Below, piece by piece: positions 1-12,600 of a DNA stretch of 64,000 bases (its first letter is position 1; every line of letters begins with the position of its first letter). Location of the stretch: contig NC_135915.1 in the NCBI RefSeq assembly GCF_964194155.1, positions 2,046,001 through 2,110,000 on the forward strand. Reading direction: 5' to 3'. The position numbers were made by a program, and so were the translations under genes. The notes beneath the pieces are model-generated. The model was not told the DNA's origin, made no database searches, and saw nothing but the letters and a program-made list of their open reading frames with translations. The stretch is from Cetorhinus maximus. Its lineage: Eukaryota.

Positions 1-950
1 TGTGGGTCATTAATCAGAGTGGAATACCTGCCCCAGTCACCACTCTTTCACTGACTCATTTAGTGTCAAATTTTCCTAAGTGTGGGTTAGTAACCAGAGC
101 GCAATATCTAAATCCAGTGACCATATATTGCTTGTCGATCTGTTCGTGTCAAATTGTAATTAGTGTGGGTCCGTAACCACAGTGGAATAACTGGCCTCAA
201 TGATCATGTATTAATTGCTTTATCTGCCAGAGTAGAATTGTACTGAGCGTGGATCATTAATCAGATCGGAATACCTGGTCCTAGTCACCACTCTTTTACT
301 GACTCTACCTGTAAGTGTCAAATTGTACTTAGTGTGGGTTAGTAACCAGAGCGGAATATCTGACTCCAATGACCATATATTTTTGGGCATATCTGTTCGT
401 TTCAAATTGTACTAAGTGTGGGTCAGTGGCCAGAGAGGAAATCCTGGCCCCAGTGATCATGTATTAATGGCTTTGTCTGCCAGTGTAGAATTGTGCTGAG
501 TGTCCGTCTTTAGTCAGAGTTGAATGCCTGGCCCCAGTCACCACTATTTCACGTACTGTATCTGTTAGTGTCAAATTGTCCTAAGTGTTGGTCAGTAGCC
601 AAAGTGGAATACGTGGCCTCATTGATCATATTTTACTGGATCTATCTCTCAGTGTAGAATTGTACTGAGTGTAGGTCATTAATCAAAGTGGAATACCAGG
701 CCCTAGTCACCACTCTTATGCTGAATCCGTTAGTGTCAAATTGTACCAAGTGTGTGTTAGCAGCCAGAGTGGAATAACGGAACTCAGTCAATATATATTT
801 TTGGTTATACCTGTCAGTGCAGAATTGCTTTCAGCGTAGGTCTGTAACCAGAGTGGAATACCTGCTCCAAGTGATAATGTTTGACTGGGAGCAATGTTCG
901 GTTTCGAATTGAACTGAGTGCAGGTCAGTAACCGCAACGAAAGGAATCGG
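1..950. repeat. ~84-bp satellite array (intronic to GPCR copy 1) with higher-order unit order
   Basis: The unit tgtgggtca.taa.cagagtggaatacctg..cccagt.acca...atctgt.agtgtcaaattgt.ctaag recurs at ~1, 81, 164, 248, 333, 417, 501, 585, 669, 750 and 834. Confidence 0.9.
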
Positions 951-1234
951 TTTGATTTGGAAATCATGTTTTTTGTTTTGATGAGTGATCTTTCCATTCC
1001 TTGGAGCTGTCTCGGTGTTTTACCTTATGTGTAGTTTGACAACAGGAAGCGTTTTGATGTTGGTTGAAGATATTTGGTAGTGAGTGTATGAAGTTAAATG
1101 TGTGGATTTAGCTCCATTTTCTATTGAGCTGCTCCAACAGAAAGAGATGTCAACCCTTTCTTGATATTGAAACAATCAGGTAGCACTCTTACTGTGTTCC
1201 AATGTTCTTTTTGATTGTTTTATAAGGCCAGTTG

Positions 1235-4200
1235 TCATCGGAGCAGTTGAAGGTCATTCTGCCCATGGAGTCAGCTCAGCCATTCAGTGAGTTCATTGCT
1301 CATCTGATCATCCTCACCTCCACAATCCTGCCTTTTCCCCATAACCCTTGATTCTCTGACAATTAAAAATCTGTCGAGCTGAGCCTTGAATATATTTAAC
1401 GACCCAGCAACTACAGCCCTTTACGGGAACTAATTCCACACATACACTAATCTCTGAGAGAAGAAAATCCTCCTCATCTCAATATTATATTGCTGAACCC
1501 TTTCTCTGAGATGATGCCCTCTAGTCCTAATCCCTCCCACGAGGGGACACAGCTTCTCAATGTCTGCGCTGTCAAGCCCCCTATTAATCTTATATGTTTC
1601 ATTGAAGTCCCCTCTCATTCTATGAAACTCAAATGAGGACCGGCCCATTTTAATCAATTTCCCCACATGAAAATGTCCCTCCACATCCAGAACTGGCATA
1701 TTGAACATTCTGCGGACTGCCTCAACTTCCGGCATATCGTTCCTCAAATAAGAGGACCAAAATTGTTGACATTATTCTAAGTGAGTGCCTTGTATAGCTA
1801 TAGCCTGACTTACCGATTTTTATAATCCATTCCCTTCGAAATTAAAGCCAATAATTTATTTGCCTTCCCTATCACCGGCTCAACTTAACGTTTTCATATT
1901 CATGTACGTGGGCTCCCAAATCCCTCTCTGCTGCAGCTTTCTGCAGTCTTTCTCCATTTAAGTAATAGTGATCTCCTCTATCCTTCCTGCCACCGTGCTT
2001 AAACCCATAGTTTCCGATAAGAAATGCCATCTGCTATTTTTGGCAACTCACTTAACATTTCGATATCCCCCTGTAGGCCATTTGATTCATCCTCACCACT
2101 TTGCCTTCGCACCTATTTTTGTGATATCTGGAAATATGGCGATAGTGATTTCACTTCCGTCATATAAGCCATTAACATGTAATGTAGATGACTGTGGCCG
2201 CAGCCCTGATTCCTGTGGCACCCACTAGTTACAGGTTACCATTCTGAAAATGCACCCCTTACCTCAGCTCTCTGTCTTCTTATAGTTAGAAAATCCTCTA
2301 TCTAAGCTAATATACTACCGCCAGCAGTATGAGCTCTTATCTTATGAAGCAGCAGTAAATCTGGTACCTTATTGAACGCCTTTTTGGAAATACAAGAATA
2401 TTGCATATCCTGTTTCCCCTTTATCCATTCTGCTTTTTACTGCCTCAAATAATTCTAATAAATTTGCCAGGCTCGATGTCCCGGTCATCAAGCCATGCTA
2501 ACTCTGCTTGATTATATTACGTATTTTAAATGCTCTGCTATCACAGTCCTTATAATTGACTTTAACATTTCCCCAAGAGCGGACTGAAGCTAACTGGCCT
2601 GCAGTTTCCTGAACTTTTGTCTACCTCTCTTTTTGAATACGGTTGTAACTTTTTCAGTTTTCCAATCTTCTGAGTCTTTTCCAGAATCAAAACATTCTTG
2701 GAAGATGACAACCGGTGAATCCATTAGTTGTTTAGATACTTGCTTTAATATCCTAGGATGCAACCCATCAGGGACTTATCGGCTTTTAGCTCCATTCGGT
2801 GCCTTATCACTTTTTCTCCACTGATAGTTATTTTTTTTATTCCCTTCCCCCATTTTTTCCCTTGATTATTTAGTATTTTTTTGGAGTGCTATTAGTGTCT
2901 TCTACCGTGAAGACTGATGCAAAGCATGAATTCAACTCCTCTGGTACTTCCTGGTTCCCCAGTATTATTTCCACAGCCTCATTTTCTTTAGGGCATTAGA
3001 TCACATAAGCCTCTCTCTTCGTTTTTTTTATATTTAAAGCAGCTGTTACTTAACGTTTTTATAGTAACTGCTGGTTTACGCTCAATGTTTCTTTTCCCAA
3101 TCTTTAACGTAATTTTGGTCATATTTTCTTGGTTTTTAAAAAAATCATAATCCTCTGGAGTTCCACTAATTTTTGTCAATTTGTATATATTGTTTTTTTT
3201 TTCAATTTGATTCTATCCTCGACTTCTTGGGTAAACCATGGTTGATTTACCTCCATCTTAGAATCCTAATTCCTCACAGGGATAATTCTTTGATATGAGT
3301 CATCAACTATTTTCTTAAATGGCTGGCATTGTTCATCAACTGTCTTTTCTGTTAAATTCCTGTCCCAGTCTACTCAAGCCAACTCTGCTCTCACTCCTTT
3401 GTGATTATCCGTTTGTAAGTTTAGCACAGTTCTTTCGGATCCATTTTCACTCTCAAACTGAATGCTAATTTATACCATGTTATGGTCAATTTTTTACGAG
3501 GGGATCTTTCACACTGAGATCATTTATTAACCTGCCTCATTACACATTAACAGATCCAAAGTACTCTGATCCCTGATTGGATGCACAGCAAATTGTTCTA
3601 GCAAACTCTCCCGGATACACTCTATGATTTCCCGTTTGTAGCTACATCTGCCAATGTGATTTTCCGAAAACGACATGAAGATTCATGTCACCAATGATTA
3701 ATGTGATTCCATTGTTGTATGCCATAACTAGCTTATTCACTTTCTACAAGATAGCTACTTTTAGCCGCACCGTAGACTACTCCACCACTGTCTTCACCCC
3801 CTTGTTATTTCTTACCTTCGCCCATGTTGATTCTACATCTTCCGATCCAAAATAATCTCTTGCTCTTGTACGTATTCTACGTCATCTAAAAAAACTATCC
3901 CATCACCCTTTTCTTCCTGCCTGTTCGTTCGAAAATCACATACCTCTGATTATTTTGTTCACTGCTTTGATCTCTTCATAACCACGTCTCCGTAATGGCC
4001 ATCATATCATCCCCATTAACCTCTATTTTTGCCTTTAATTTATTTGTTTGGTTCTGAATACTGCCAGCAATTAAGTAATGAGGCATGAATTTTGACTTGT
4101 TTACCTTTTCCCCATTTGACTCGTTTGCTGTTGTGTTTTTTATGTTTCTACACTCTCACTTTCTGTCACATTCTGGATATCATTACCTAAATAGCTGCCC

Positions 4201-4550
4201 TGCAAAATTCCCATATCATTTTGCTTCTTAAACCTACATATCCCTTCTCCAGAATACCAGCACACCTATTTATCTTAAGAGCCTCTCTCGAACGCTAATT
4301 ATTCAATTCACCAAGACGCTGGCTTCTGCATTTTTAATGTGAAGCCCTTCCCACCGGAATAGCTCCCTCCCATCCCAGCACTGGCGCCGGTGCCCCTTGA
4401 ACTGAAACCCATTTTCCCACACCAAACTTTGAGCACATATTTAAATCCGTGACTTTATTTATCCTAGAACCGTTTGCCCCTTGTTCAGGTAGTAATCCCA
4501 GAATATTTATCTCAGAGGTTTTGCTTTTTAATTTAGCTGCTAACTGTTGA
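1235..4550 (-). mobile_element. Decayed CR1-clade LINE (ORF2 APE/RT and 3' UTR)
   Basis: Minus-strand fragments such as EFHRMRGDFNETYKINRGLD...RTRGHHLR...FFSQRLVYVWN match the CR1 RT C-terminus. Many stops and frameshifts. Confidence 0.85.
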
Positions 4551-4699
4551 TGAAATATTCCTGGGGGATTGTATCGCCAAGTATCCAAAACTGGTGGAGA
4601 ACTATTATAGAGAAAAGCTTTTGTGGAACAGTTTCCAAAGCGGAAGAGGATCTGCTCCTGGGAAAAATGTGACTTGGGGAACGTTCAGTACTGGAATGG

Positions 4700-5800
4700 C
4701 TCCATTCCAGGGATTTTTATTATTCATTTAGGGGGTGTGGCCATCGCTTTCTGGGTCAGCCTGTATTGCCCAGCCCTAGTTGCTCTTGAGATAGTGGCAG
4801 GGAGCTGCCTTCTTTAATAGCAGCAGTCCATGTGGTGTTGGTACACTAATAGTGCTTTTAGGGAGGGAGTTCCTGGATTTTGACCCAGCGCCAATGGAGG
4901 AATGGCAATATATTTCAAGCCGGGTAGATGAGTAGTTTGGAAGAGAATTTCCATTTGATCGTGCTCCCAACTACGTACTGCCGCTTTCCTTCCAAACGTT
5001 AGCGGACGGACGTTTGGAAGCTGCTGCCAAATGAGACTTGGTGAGTTGCTGCAGAGCATTTGAAGGTGGTACACCCAACTGCTTTAGTGCATCGGTGGTG
5101 GAGGGAGTGAATGTATGTTCGTGTGATGCCAAGCAAGTTGGCTGCTTTGTCCTGGACGGTGTCAAGCTTCTTAAGGGTTGTTGGAGCTGCACTCATCCAG
5201 GCAATTTGGGGATATTCTATCACACTCTTGACTTGTGCCTTGTAGATGGTGGAGAGGTTTGGGGGAGTAAGGAGGTGAGTTGCTCATCGCAGGAATCCTA
5301 GCCTCTGACCTGCACTTGTAGCCATAGTATTTTTATAGCCAGTCAGGTTCTGTTTCTAGTCAGCATAACCCTCAGGTTGCTGATATTGGCGGTTTCGGTG
5401 ATACTAATGCCATTGAACATCCAGGGGCAATGGCTAGATTATCTCTTGATGAAAATGATCATTAAAACACTTGTGTGTCGTGGTTGTTACTCGCCACTTA
5501 CCAGCGTGAGGCTGGATATTGTCCAGGTCTTGCTGCATTTGGACATGGACTGTTTCAGTATCTGAGGAGTCGCAAATGGTGCGAATATTGTGAAATCATC
5601 AGCGAACATCCCCGCTTCCGACTTTATGATGGAAGGAAGTTAATTGATGAAACAGCTGACGATATATGGGTCGAGGGCTCTACCCTGAGGAACTCCTGCA
5701 GTGATGTTGTTGAGCTGACATGAGTGACCTCCAACAACCACAACCATCTTCCTTTGTGCTCCGTATGATTCCAACCAGCGGCGAGTTTCCACCCTGATTC
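4700..5800 (-). mobile_element. Decayed L2/CR1-group LINE RT fragment
   Basis: AGVPQG.ALDP.IVSCFIN (RT motif) and MEY.Q.AWMSAAPTTLKKLDTVQDKAA (post-RT region) on the - strand. Confidence 0.75.
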
Positions 5801-6081
5801 CCATTGACACCCATTTTGGGAGGCCGGTCAGAATTAATACTGTAAACAGACTCCGCCACTGACCTAAAAATAACATCTGTTGTTCTAATTTGCTCGATCG
5901 CTGCATTCTTCAATCGTACGGTTATATTTGCTGAGTCCCAGTCTGCAATTTTAACCTCTGACACCAAGACCTTCCTCACAACCTTTTTTTGATCCTGAAA
6001 TCCTGCCTTTGCTGTCTGGGTCAGACACGGAAAATGTTAAATTATTAATTTCAATACTCTTCTCTCTTCTGCCTCCCACAG

Positions 6082-6982
6082 TTAATTTACTGGGAATTGC
6101 GATCCTATGCGGAGGAAAGTGTGGTCTCTCCGCCTGCACCACTCGCTACCTGGTGGCTATGGCAACGGCGGATCTACTGGTTATTATCGCTTACCCCATA
6201 CTGACCCAGATCAATTATTTATATTTCCCATTAAATTTTCTGGACATGACCCCTGTGTGCCGTGTTAAATCGGTCCTGATATCTGCAACCACCGGCAGTT
6301 CTGTCTGGTTCACCGTCGCTTTCTCCTTTGATCAATTTGTGGCCATTTGCTGCAAGAAGCTGAAAAAAAAATACTGCACCGGGAAAACTGTGGCTGTAGT
6401 CCTAGCGACAACCAGCATCCTGCTCTCTTTAAAAAACATCCCCTGGTACTTAACGTTTCAACCTTCAAAGATTGTCGGCAATGTACAGTGGTTGTGTAGG
6501 ACAAAGCGAAGCTTTTTACTGATCCCGGATGGATTGGATTCTCTTGATTTGATAAAGTTTTAAACCCATTGCTCCCATTCGGTTTAATTCTGCTGATTAA
6601 CGCTCTGACAGTCAGACACATTTTAGTGACCAGTCGAGTCCGGAAGGGACTGAGAGCTCAGAGTAAGGGAGACAATCGCAGTGACCCAGAGATGGAGAGC
6701 AGGAGGAAGTTTATGGTTTTACTCTTCACCATATCCGGCATCTTCATCCTCCTGTGGTCGGTGCACGTTACACAATTCGTCTACAGTTCTGTGAGGGGAT
6801 TAATTTCCCTCAACGAGCAAGAATATATATTGCAATAAGTCGGAACTATGCTGCGGTACTTAAGCTGCTGCACAAACACATTTGTTTATGCGGTGACTCA
6901 GTCCAAGTTCAGAGAGCAGATCAAGAAGGCAGTGAAATATCCGTTTACATCAATTATTCAATGATTGCTGAAAGACAACTGA
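6082..6982 (+). pseudogene. GPR139/GPR142-like class A GPCR, main exon, pseudogene (copy 1)
   Basis: A polypyrimidine-AG acceptor ends at 6081. The exon reads NLLGIAILCGGKCGLS..TRYLVAMATADLL...FSFDQF...LPFGLILLINALTVRHIL..SRVRK.LR...DPEMESRRK...SCCTNTFVY. Compared with copy 2 it has a 1-nt deletion near 6515, TGA at 6545, TAA at 6836, TGA at 6962 and DRF changed to DQF. Exon 1 would lie upstream of the window. Confidence 0.9.
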
Positions 6983-7900
6983 CTGTCAGACGCCTCAGCC
7001 ATTCAAAGAGCTCTGACCGCTGACGGACAAGCCAATGGGATAGCTCTGCATGCTGACTGACAGTAACCTGAGCCAACCAGGGAGCCCACCGCTAACTGAC
7101 AGCTGCCTGGGCCAACCAGGGAAATCAGTCCCATAACTGACAGACGCGGCAGCCAATCGGGCAGCTTTCACGAACTGGCGCCATAGCCAATCAGGGAGCA
7201 GCGCTCGCTGACTGACAGCTACCTGAGAAAATCAAGGCCACCTGCCGGATGAGTGACAGTAGCTTCATCGAATCAGGGAGCTGCAGTATTTTCTTCCACA
7301 GTCACATTGGCCTGTCAGGATGTCCTTCCTGTCTGCCAACAGCCCTTAAGGCCAATCAGGGATCGTCAGCTGCTGACTGAGAGGCTCTTTATCCAAACAA
7401 TTAATTTCACCCGGCGGCTGGCAACAGCTTCATTCAATCGCGCTGCAATCAGTGACCCACATATAACTCAGCCAATCAACGAGCTTCATCTGTGACCAGT
7501 AATGGTTACAGCCAATCGGGGAGCTGAACACGATCACCGACAGCCGCAAGAACTAACCAGAAACCTCCTACTGCTGAGTTACCTGGCTTCAAACAATCAG
7601 CCATCCCAAGCCAATTCCCACCCTCTAGCATCCGTGTCGTCCAATCATAGCGTTCAATCTTTGACTGTTGGAGAATCCCGAAAGTGTGACAGACATCTGC
7701 CGTTTCCGATTGGAGCGTTTCAGTGCCAGAGTGACAGCTATAATATCCAATCGGAAAAATGCGACCGCCCTGGAATTTCCTGGAGCACAGAAAGTTGCAT
7801 TTAAAACCCGACCAATAGCCGAGCTCCTTACTCTTCTCATCAAAGCAGATCCCTGCCCACTTTGTGATTGACCAATCGAAATTCGGCCCTGTTCTTCGAA
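6975..7900 (+). repeat. Degenerate ~40-bp tandem array of CTGACAG + CCAAT motifs, 3' of GPCR copy 1
   Basis: Repeated (g)ctgactgacagc...cagccaatcaggga units at roughly 40-nt spacing. Confidence 0.7.
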
Positions 7901-8089
7901 TCCCGCAGTCTCACCGCCATGAAGTCAAGACACTCGATCCATGGGGGAGAGTGGGCAACGATCCTTAAAGCGGAGCCACACTGTGAATTATGGCTGCGCA
8001 GCTATATTTTACTGATTCTAATTAAAGCAGGAACTGGACGGAAGAAATCAGACATAGGAGGGACATTAGGCAGAACAAGGAGGAAATTA

Positions 8090-8950
8090 AATCACAGAAT
8101 CACTGAACTGTTACCAAGTTGAAGGCCACTTGGTCCACCGTGTCCGCATCGACTACCTGAATGAGCACCTCACCTAGTTCTGTTCTCGCGCCTTCGCCCC
8201 ATATCCCTGAACTTTCTTCATTTTGAGAGAACAATAAAATTCCCTCATGGCTGCTTCAATTGAACATGCCTCCACCAGACTCTCAGTCAGAGTGTTCCAA
8301 ATCCTCAGAATGAGCAGGGTGAAAAAAGCATAATTCATGACATCATTGCTTAGATTACAAATTACTTTAAAACTGAGCCACCTCATCCTGAGTGCTATCA
8401 GGGAAATGAACCGTTTCCCTTTATTTAATCTAGACCACTCATGGTTGTAAATACCTCTTATCAAACCTTCCTCTCAGAATCCAAACTATTACAAACTATC
8501 TACATAGCTGAAGTTCCTCAATCCTGAGACCATCCTCGTGATTATTTTCGTTATTCTGCACGGTAACTTCAGATTCCTTGCTAAAGTGCAGCGCCCAGAG
8601 CTCGAAATAAGATTTCAATTGGAGAGCGAACTAGTGATTTATACAAGTTGTATCCAACCTCCTTTGTCCTGTCCTCTATTTTCCGATAAACACCACCTTG
8701 GGTACTGTATGTTTTAATTACTGATTTCTAAAACGGTGTGGCCACCTTCAATGGCTTGTCACTCTGCTCTTGCCACATTCAGTGATGTATCATTATTCTA
8801 CGCTGTCTCTCATCATGTTCTTGCTACGAAAATAAATCATTTCGAATCACTCTGCATTGAAATTCATCAACCAGCTGCCCACCCATGCGACTAATTTGCC
8901 AATGCCCCATTTAAATAACATTATATAGTTCTCGCAGTTCAGAACTCTTG
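8090..8950 (-). mobile_element. Old CR1 3' fragment
   Basis: An atcacagaatcac tail, then ...FFTLLILRIWNTL.ESLVEACSIEA..RE...VQGYG on the - strand. Confidence 0.7.
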
Positions 8951-9284
8951 TTATTTTGTTTGCCTATCAGTTCCGATAAATAATTGCCTTTATTTTTTCC
9001 TCGTGTAATGTTTTCAAGCCCAATACAGCAATTAGCTCTAACTTTACATCCTGTATATTAGTTGCCATGTCCAATTCATTGTTTATAGTGAATTTACCCC
9101 TCTGTGTGTTGGCTGTCAAGTTAGCTTTTGCAAGTCAAATCGAACGTTACACACAGTGGATCAGTTGTCATGTCGAAAAAAACAAACAGGTTAAATTCTA
9201 TGCACCTGCGTTGGGTATTAAGCACAATTTAGCAAATAAATGCCAATGTATACAATCGTATACATTTGGTCTTTATTTTTTAGT

Positions 9285-9999
9285 GCATGTCTGCTTGTGT
9301 GTTTATGTGTGTGTGAGGTCACGACAGACCTCAGCCGATGGAGATTGCTGAAGGCGAGGTTGTGTGCATGTGTGTGCGTATTTGACTCTGCGAGTGAATG
9401 CGTCTATTTAGGCTTATGTCCGTCTGTGTGTGTACGAATGTTTGTGTGCGTATTTGTGTGCGTGTGTGTGTGCTTGTGTGTATGTCGGTGGCTGTGTGCG
9501 AGTGTGCGTTTTTGTCTGTCCATCTGTGTGTGTGTGCATACGCAGTCTATGTGTACGTGTGTGTGCGTTTTTGAGTGCCTGTCTGCCTTTATGTGTATCT
9601 ATTGCAAACGTGTTGTTTATGTGCGTGAGTGTGAGGATGTGTGTGCATGCCTATGTTAGTGCATGCTTCTGTTTATATTTTGTCCATCTGTACTCGTCCG
9701 TGTGCATGTGTGTGCGAGAGAGTGCGTGTATGTGCCTGTCCTGTGTGTATGTGTGTGTGTACATGCATGCTTGTACGCAGTGTGTTTTTGTGTCATGTGA
9801 ACATGGCAGCATCCTACAGAGGGAGATTGCTGAAGGAGAAACAAAAACAGAATTACCTGGAAAAACTCAGCAGGTCTGGCAGCATTGGCAGAAAAGAAAA
9901 GAGTTCACGTTTCGAGTCCTCATGACCCTTCAGCAGAACTGAGGCTGAAGCTGAGTCTGTTGCTGTACATGTGTTATTCTGCTTGCTTTTTCGTCTGCC

Positions 10000-10032
<33 letters not shown>

Positions 10033-10075
10033 GCGTGTTTGCATATGCTTGTGCATGTGTGTGAGGAAGAGAGAC
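9285..10075. repeat. Degenerate (GT)n low-complexity tract
   Basis: Seen directly in the sequence; the ORFs here are Cys/Val artefacts. Confidence 0.9.
9838..9940 (-). mobile_element. Penelope terminal-repeat fragment with mutated hammerhead core
   Basis: The - strand reads CTGCTGA-agggtcatgaggactc-GAAAc and is homologous to 21850-21985. Confidence 0.6.
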
Positions 10076-10513
10076 ATTTTTCTTCCGGGACACACCACTT
10101 ATTTTTTAAAGAAATATTTTACTGTTCTGCACTGCCACCAGTCTGCTCTCTGTCTTAGAATTGATGAGGCAGTGCGAAATTTAAAAGCAAATTATAAACC
10201 TAACTAGTTTGTAATGGTGTCCAGAAATGTCAAAGTTACAGATGCTCTATAAAAAGAGATGAAACGCCAATACACTTTATGTCAAAGAGGAACAATCATG
10301 CATGAAAAAAATAAATGGCGGAAAAACTCAGATGGCCTGACAGCATCTTTGCAGAGAAAGACGGAGTTAACATTTGGAGCCCGTTTGCCTCTTCTTCTGA
10401 GCTCATTGTGTCCATTTCCTCCCTTCTTCACTTTGTCACAGAGCTTTTAAGTGACTAAACATTTCCAGCTCTGATCTTAGCTCAATAACCTGAAATGTAA
10501 ATTCAGTAAGTTC

Positions 10514-11805
10514 CATAGAAACATAGAAACTAGGAGTAGGGGTAGGCCAATCGGTCCTTCGAGCCTGCTCCGCCATTCAATATGATCATGGTTGATCATC
10601 CAACTCAATAGCCAGCTCCCGCTATCTCCCCATACTCTTTGATCTCTTTTGCCCCAAAAGACATATCTAACTCCTTCTTGAAAGCATAGAACGTTTTGGT
10701 CTCAACTACTTTCTGTGATAACGAATTCCACAGGCTCACGACTCTCTGGGTGAAGAGGTTTCTCCTCATCTCAGTCCACAATGGCCTTCCCCATATCCTC
10801 AGGCTTTGACCCCTTGTTCTGGGCTCCCCCACCATCGGGAACATCCTTCCTGCGTCTACCCTGTCTAGTCCTTTTATAATGTTAAAGGTTTCTATAAGAT
10901 CCCCCCTTATCATTCTGAACTCCAGCGAATATAATCCTAATCTCAATCTCTCCTCATATGTCAGTATCGCCATTCCAAGAATCAGTCTCGTAAACCTTCG
11001 CTGCACTCCCTCTATAGCAAATACATCCTTCCTCAGATACGGAGACAAAAACTGCACGTGATATCCCAGGTGTGGTCTCACCAAGGCCCTTTGCAATTGC
11101 AGCAAGACATCCCTGTTCCTGTGCTCGAATCCTCTGGCTGTGAAGGCCAACATACCATTTGCCTTCCTAACCACCTGCTGCACCTGCATGCTTATCGTCA
11201 GCGACTGGTGTACACGGACACCCAGGTCGCGTTGCACATTCCCCTCTCTCAATTTATAGCCGTTCAGATAATTTTCTGCCTTCATGTTTTTGCTACAAAA
11301 ATGGATAACCTCACATTTATCCAAATTATACTCCAAATGCCATGCATTTGCCCACTCACTAACCTTGTGCAAATCACACTGAAGCATCTCTGCATCCTCC
11401 TCACAGCTCACCCTCCCACCCAGCTTTGTGTCTTCTGCAATTTTGGAAAAAGACCCGTTTATTCCTACACTTTATTTCCTGTGTGCCAACCAGTTTTCTA
11501 TCCATCTCAATGAACTACTCCCAATCCCATAAACTTTCATTTTACACACCAATCTCTTAATTGGGACTTTGTCGAAAGCCTTCTGAAGGTCCAAATAAAC
11601 CATATCCACTGACTCCCCCTCATCAATTCCACTGATTACACCCTCGAATAATTCCAGTAGATTTGTCAAGCATGATTTCCCTTTCATAAATGCTTGCTGA
11701 CTCTGTACGATTCTGCCACTGTTTTCCATAATCTCAGCTATTAAATCTTTTATAATGGACTCTAGAACTTTCCCCACTGACGATTTCAGGCTGACTGCTC
11801 TATAA
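10514..11805 (-). mobile_element. Relatively young CR1 LINE, 3' RT portion with internal deletion
   Basis: ORFs 11472-11777 (SQQAFMKGKSCLTNLLE...VYLDLQKAFDKVP) and 10605-11411 (268 aa: DLGV.VH.SL...RALVRPHL...RRFTRLI), plus a catagaaacatagaaa tail at 10514. Absent from duplicate copy 2. Confidence 0.92.
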
Positions 11806-11814
11806 TTTATTAGA

Positions 11815-12600
11815 AATACAAGGAAATAGTCTTCGGTAGACTCGTAGGCTCGTCTTGTGAATGTCAGTTATTGGACTCGAGTAAGACATGCTCAACATCC
11901 GGACGAATGCCAAGCTTAAAAGGGGCCATTTAAAAAACATATTCCTTTATAATTCTCACAGAAAGTGGAACTGAGAATGTAGATCTGAAAATATTATATG
12001 TGCATAGATGCAAATGTAAAGGCACAAAGAACACATTACAATAGAACTAAAGAATGTCTTACCAAAAATCAGTTTGCATTAGAAAATGTAAAATGAAAAT
12101 AAGTTTACGGTTTCGTAATTGGTAAAAAATCTGCAGCTTATTGAGAGGCTAAGTAATACAAACTGCTGCACATCTGATTGCACATCATATGAAGCTAAAA
12201 CAAAATTAAAACGTTTTCTTTCATGATGTTTGGAAAGCAAAATCATCGCTGATGCCCTCAAACAATAAGCTGCCAAATTTATCTCTTTGGATGAACAGCA
12301 TGTTTGGGGCAGATCCCTATCCTTGCAGCAAACTTTATTCAACTTCATGGAAAGCAGCCCTGGAGATGTGAAGAGAATTCCTGAAGTAGGTTTTTGTGAA
12401 CGTGTGTCACCCTTCCACAGATATATTCCTTTCAAATCTTCTTTACAGGTTAAACTCTTGTATTTCCAAACATACACAACCAAAAATGTAGGTATTGATC
12501 CTGTGCAAAAGAGAAAAGGAATCCGTGGGGATTGCAGGCTGCTGGTCCTTATCCACGTCGTATAAAAGTTAAACATTCAACAGGGGACACGTTTAATCCA
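11815..12600 (+). other. Unidentified decayed coding-like sequence, copy A
   Basis: Homologous to 31180-32205 and 54960-55825. A + frame reads CLESKIIADALK...GRSLSLQQTL.NFMESSPGDVKRIPEV.FCERV...RYIPFK. The strand assignment is uncertain. Confidence 0.4.

Noticed and set aside
6009-6081. ORF-track N-terminal extension of GPCR copy 1 (and the GTG start at 49379 for copy 2)
   Set aside because: It is intronic sequence upstream of the splice acceptor; the true N-terminus comes from a separate exon.
12079-12576. 165-aa - strand ORF as an intact gene with an acceptor at ~12501
   Set aside because: The same frame has stops in both other copies and the AG context is not conserved. It is kept only as part of the unidentified relic.
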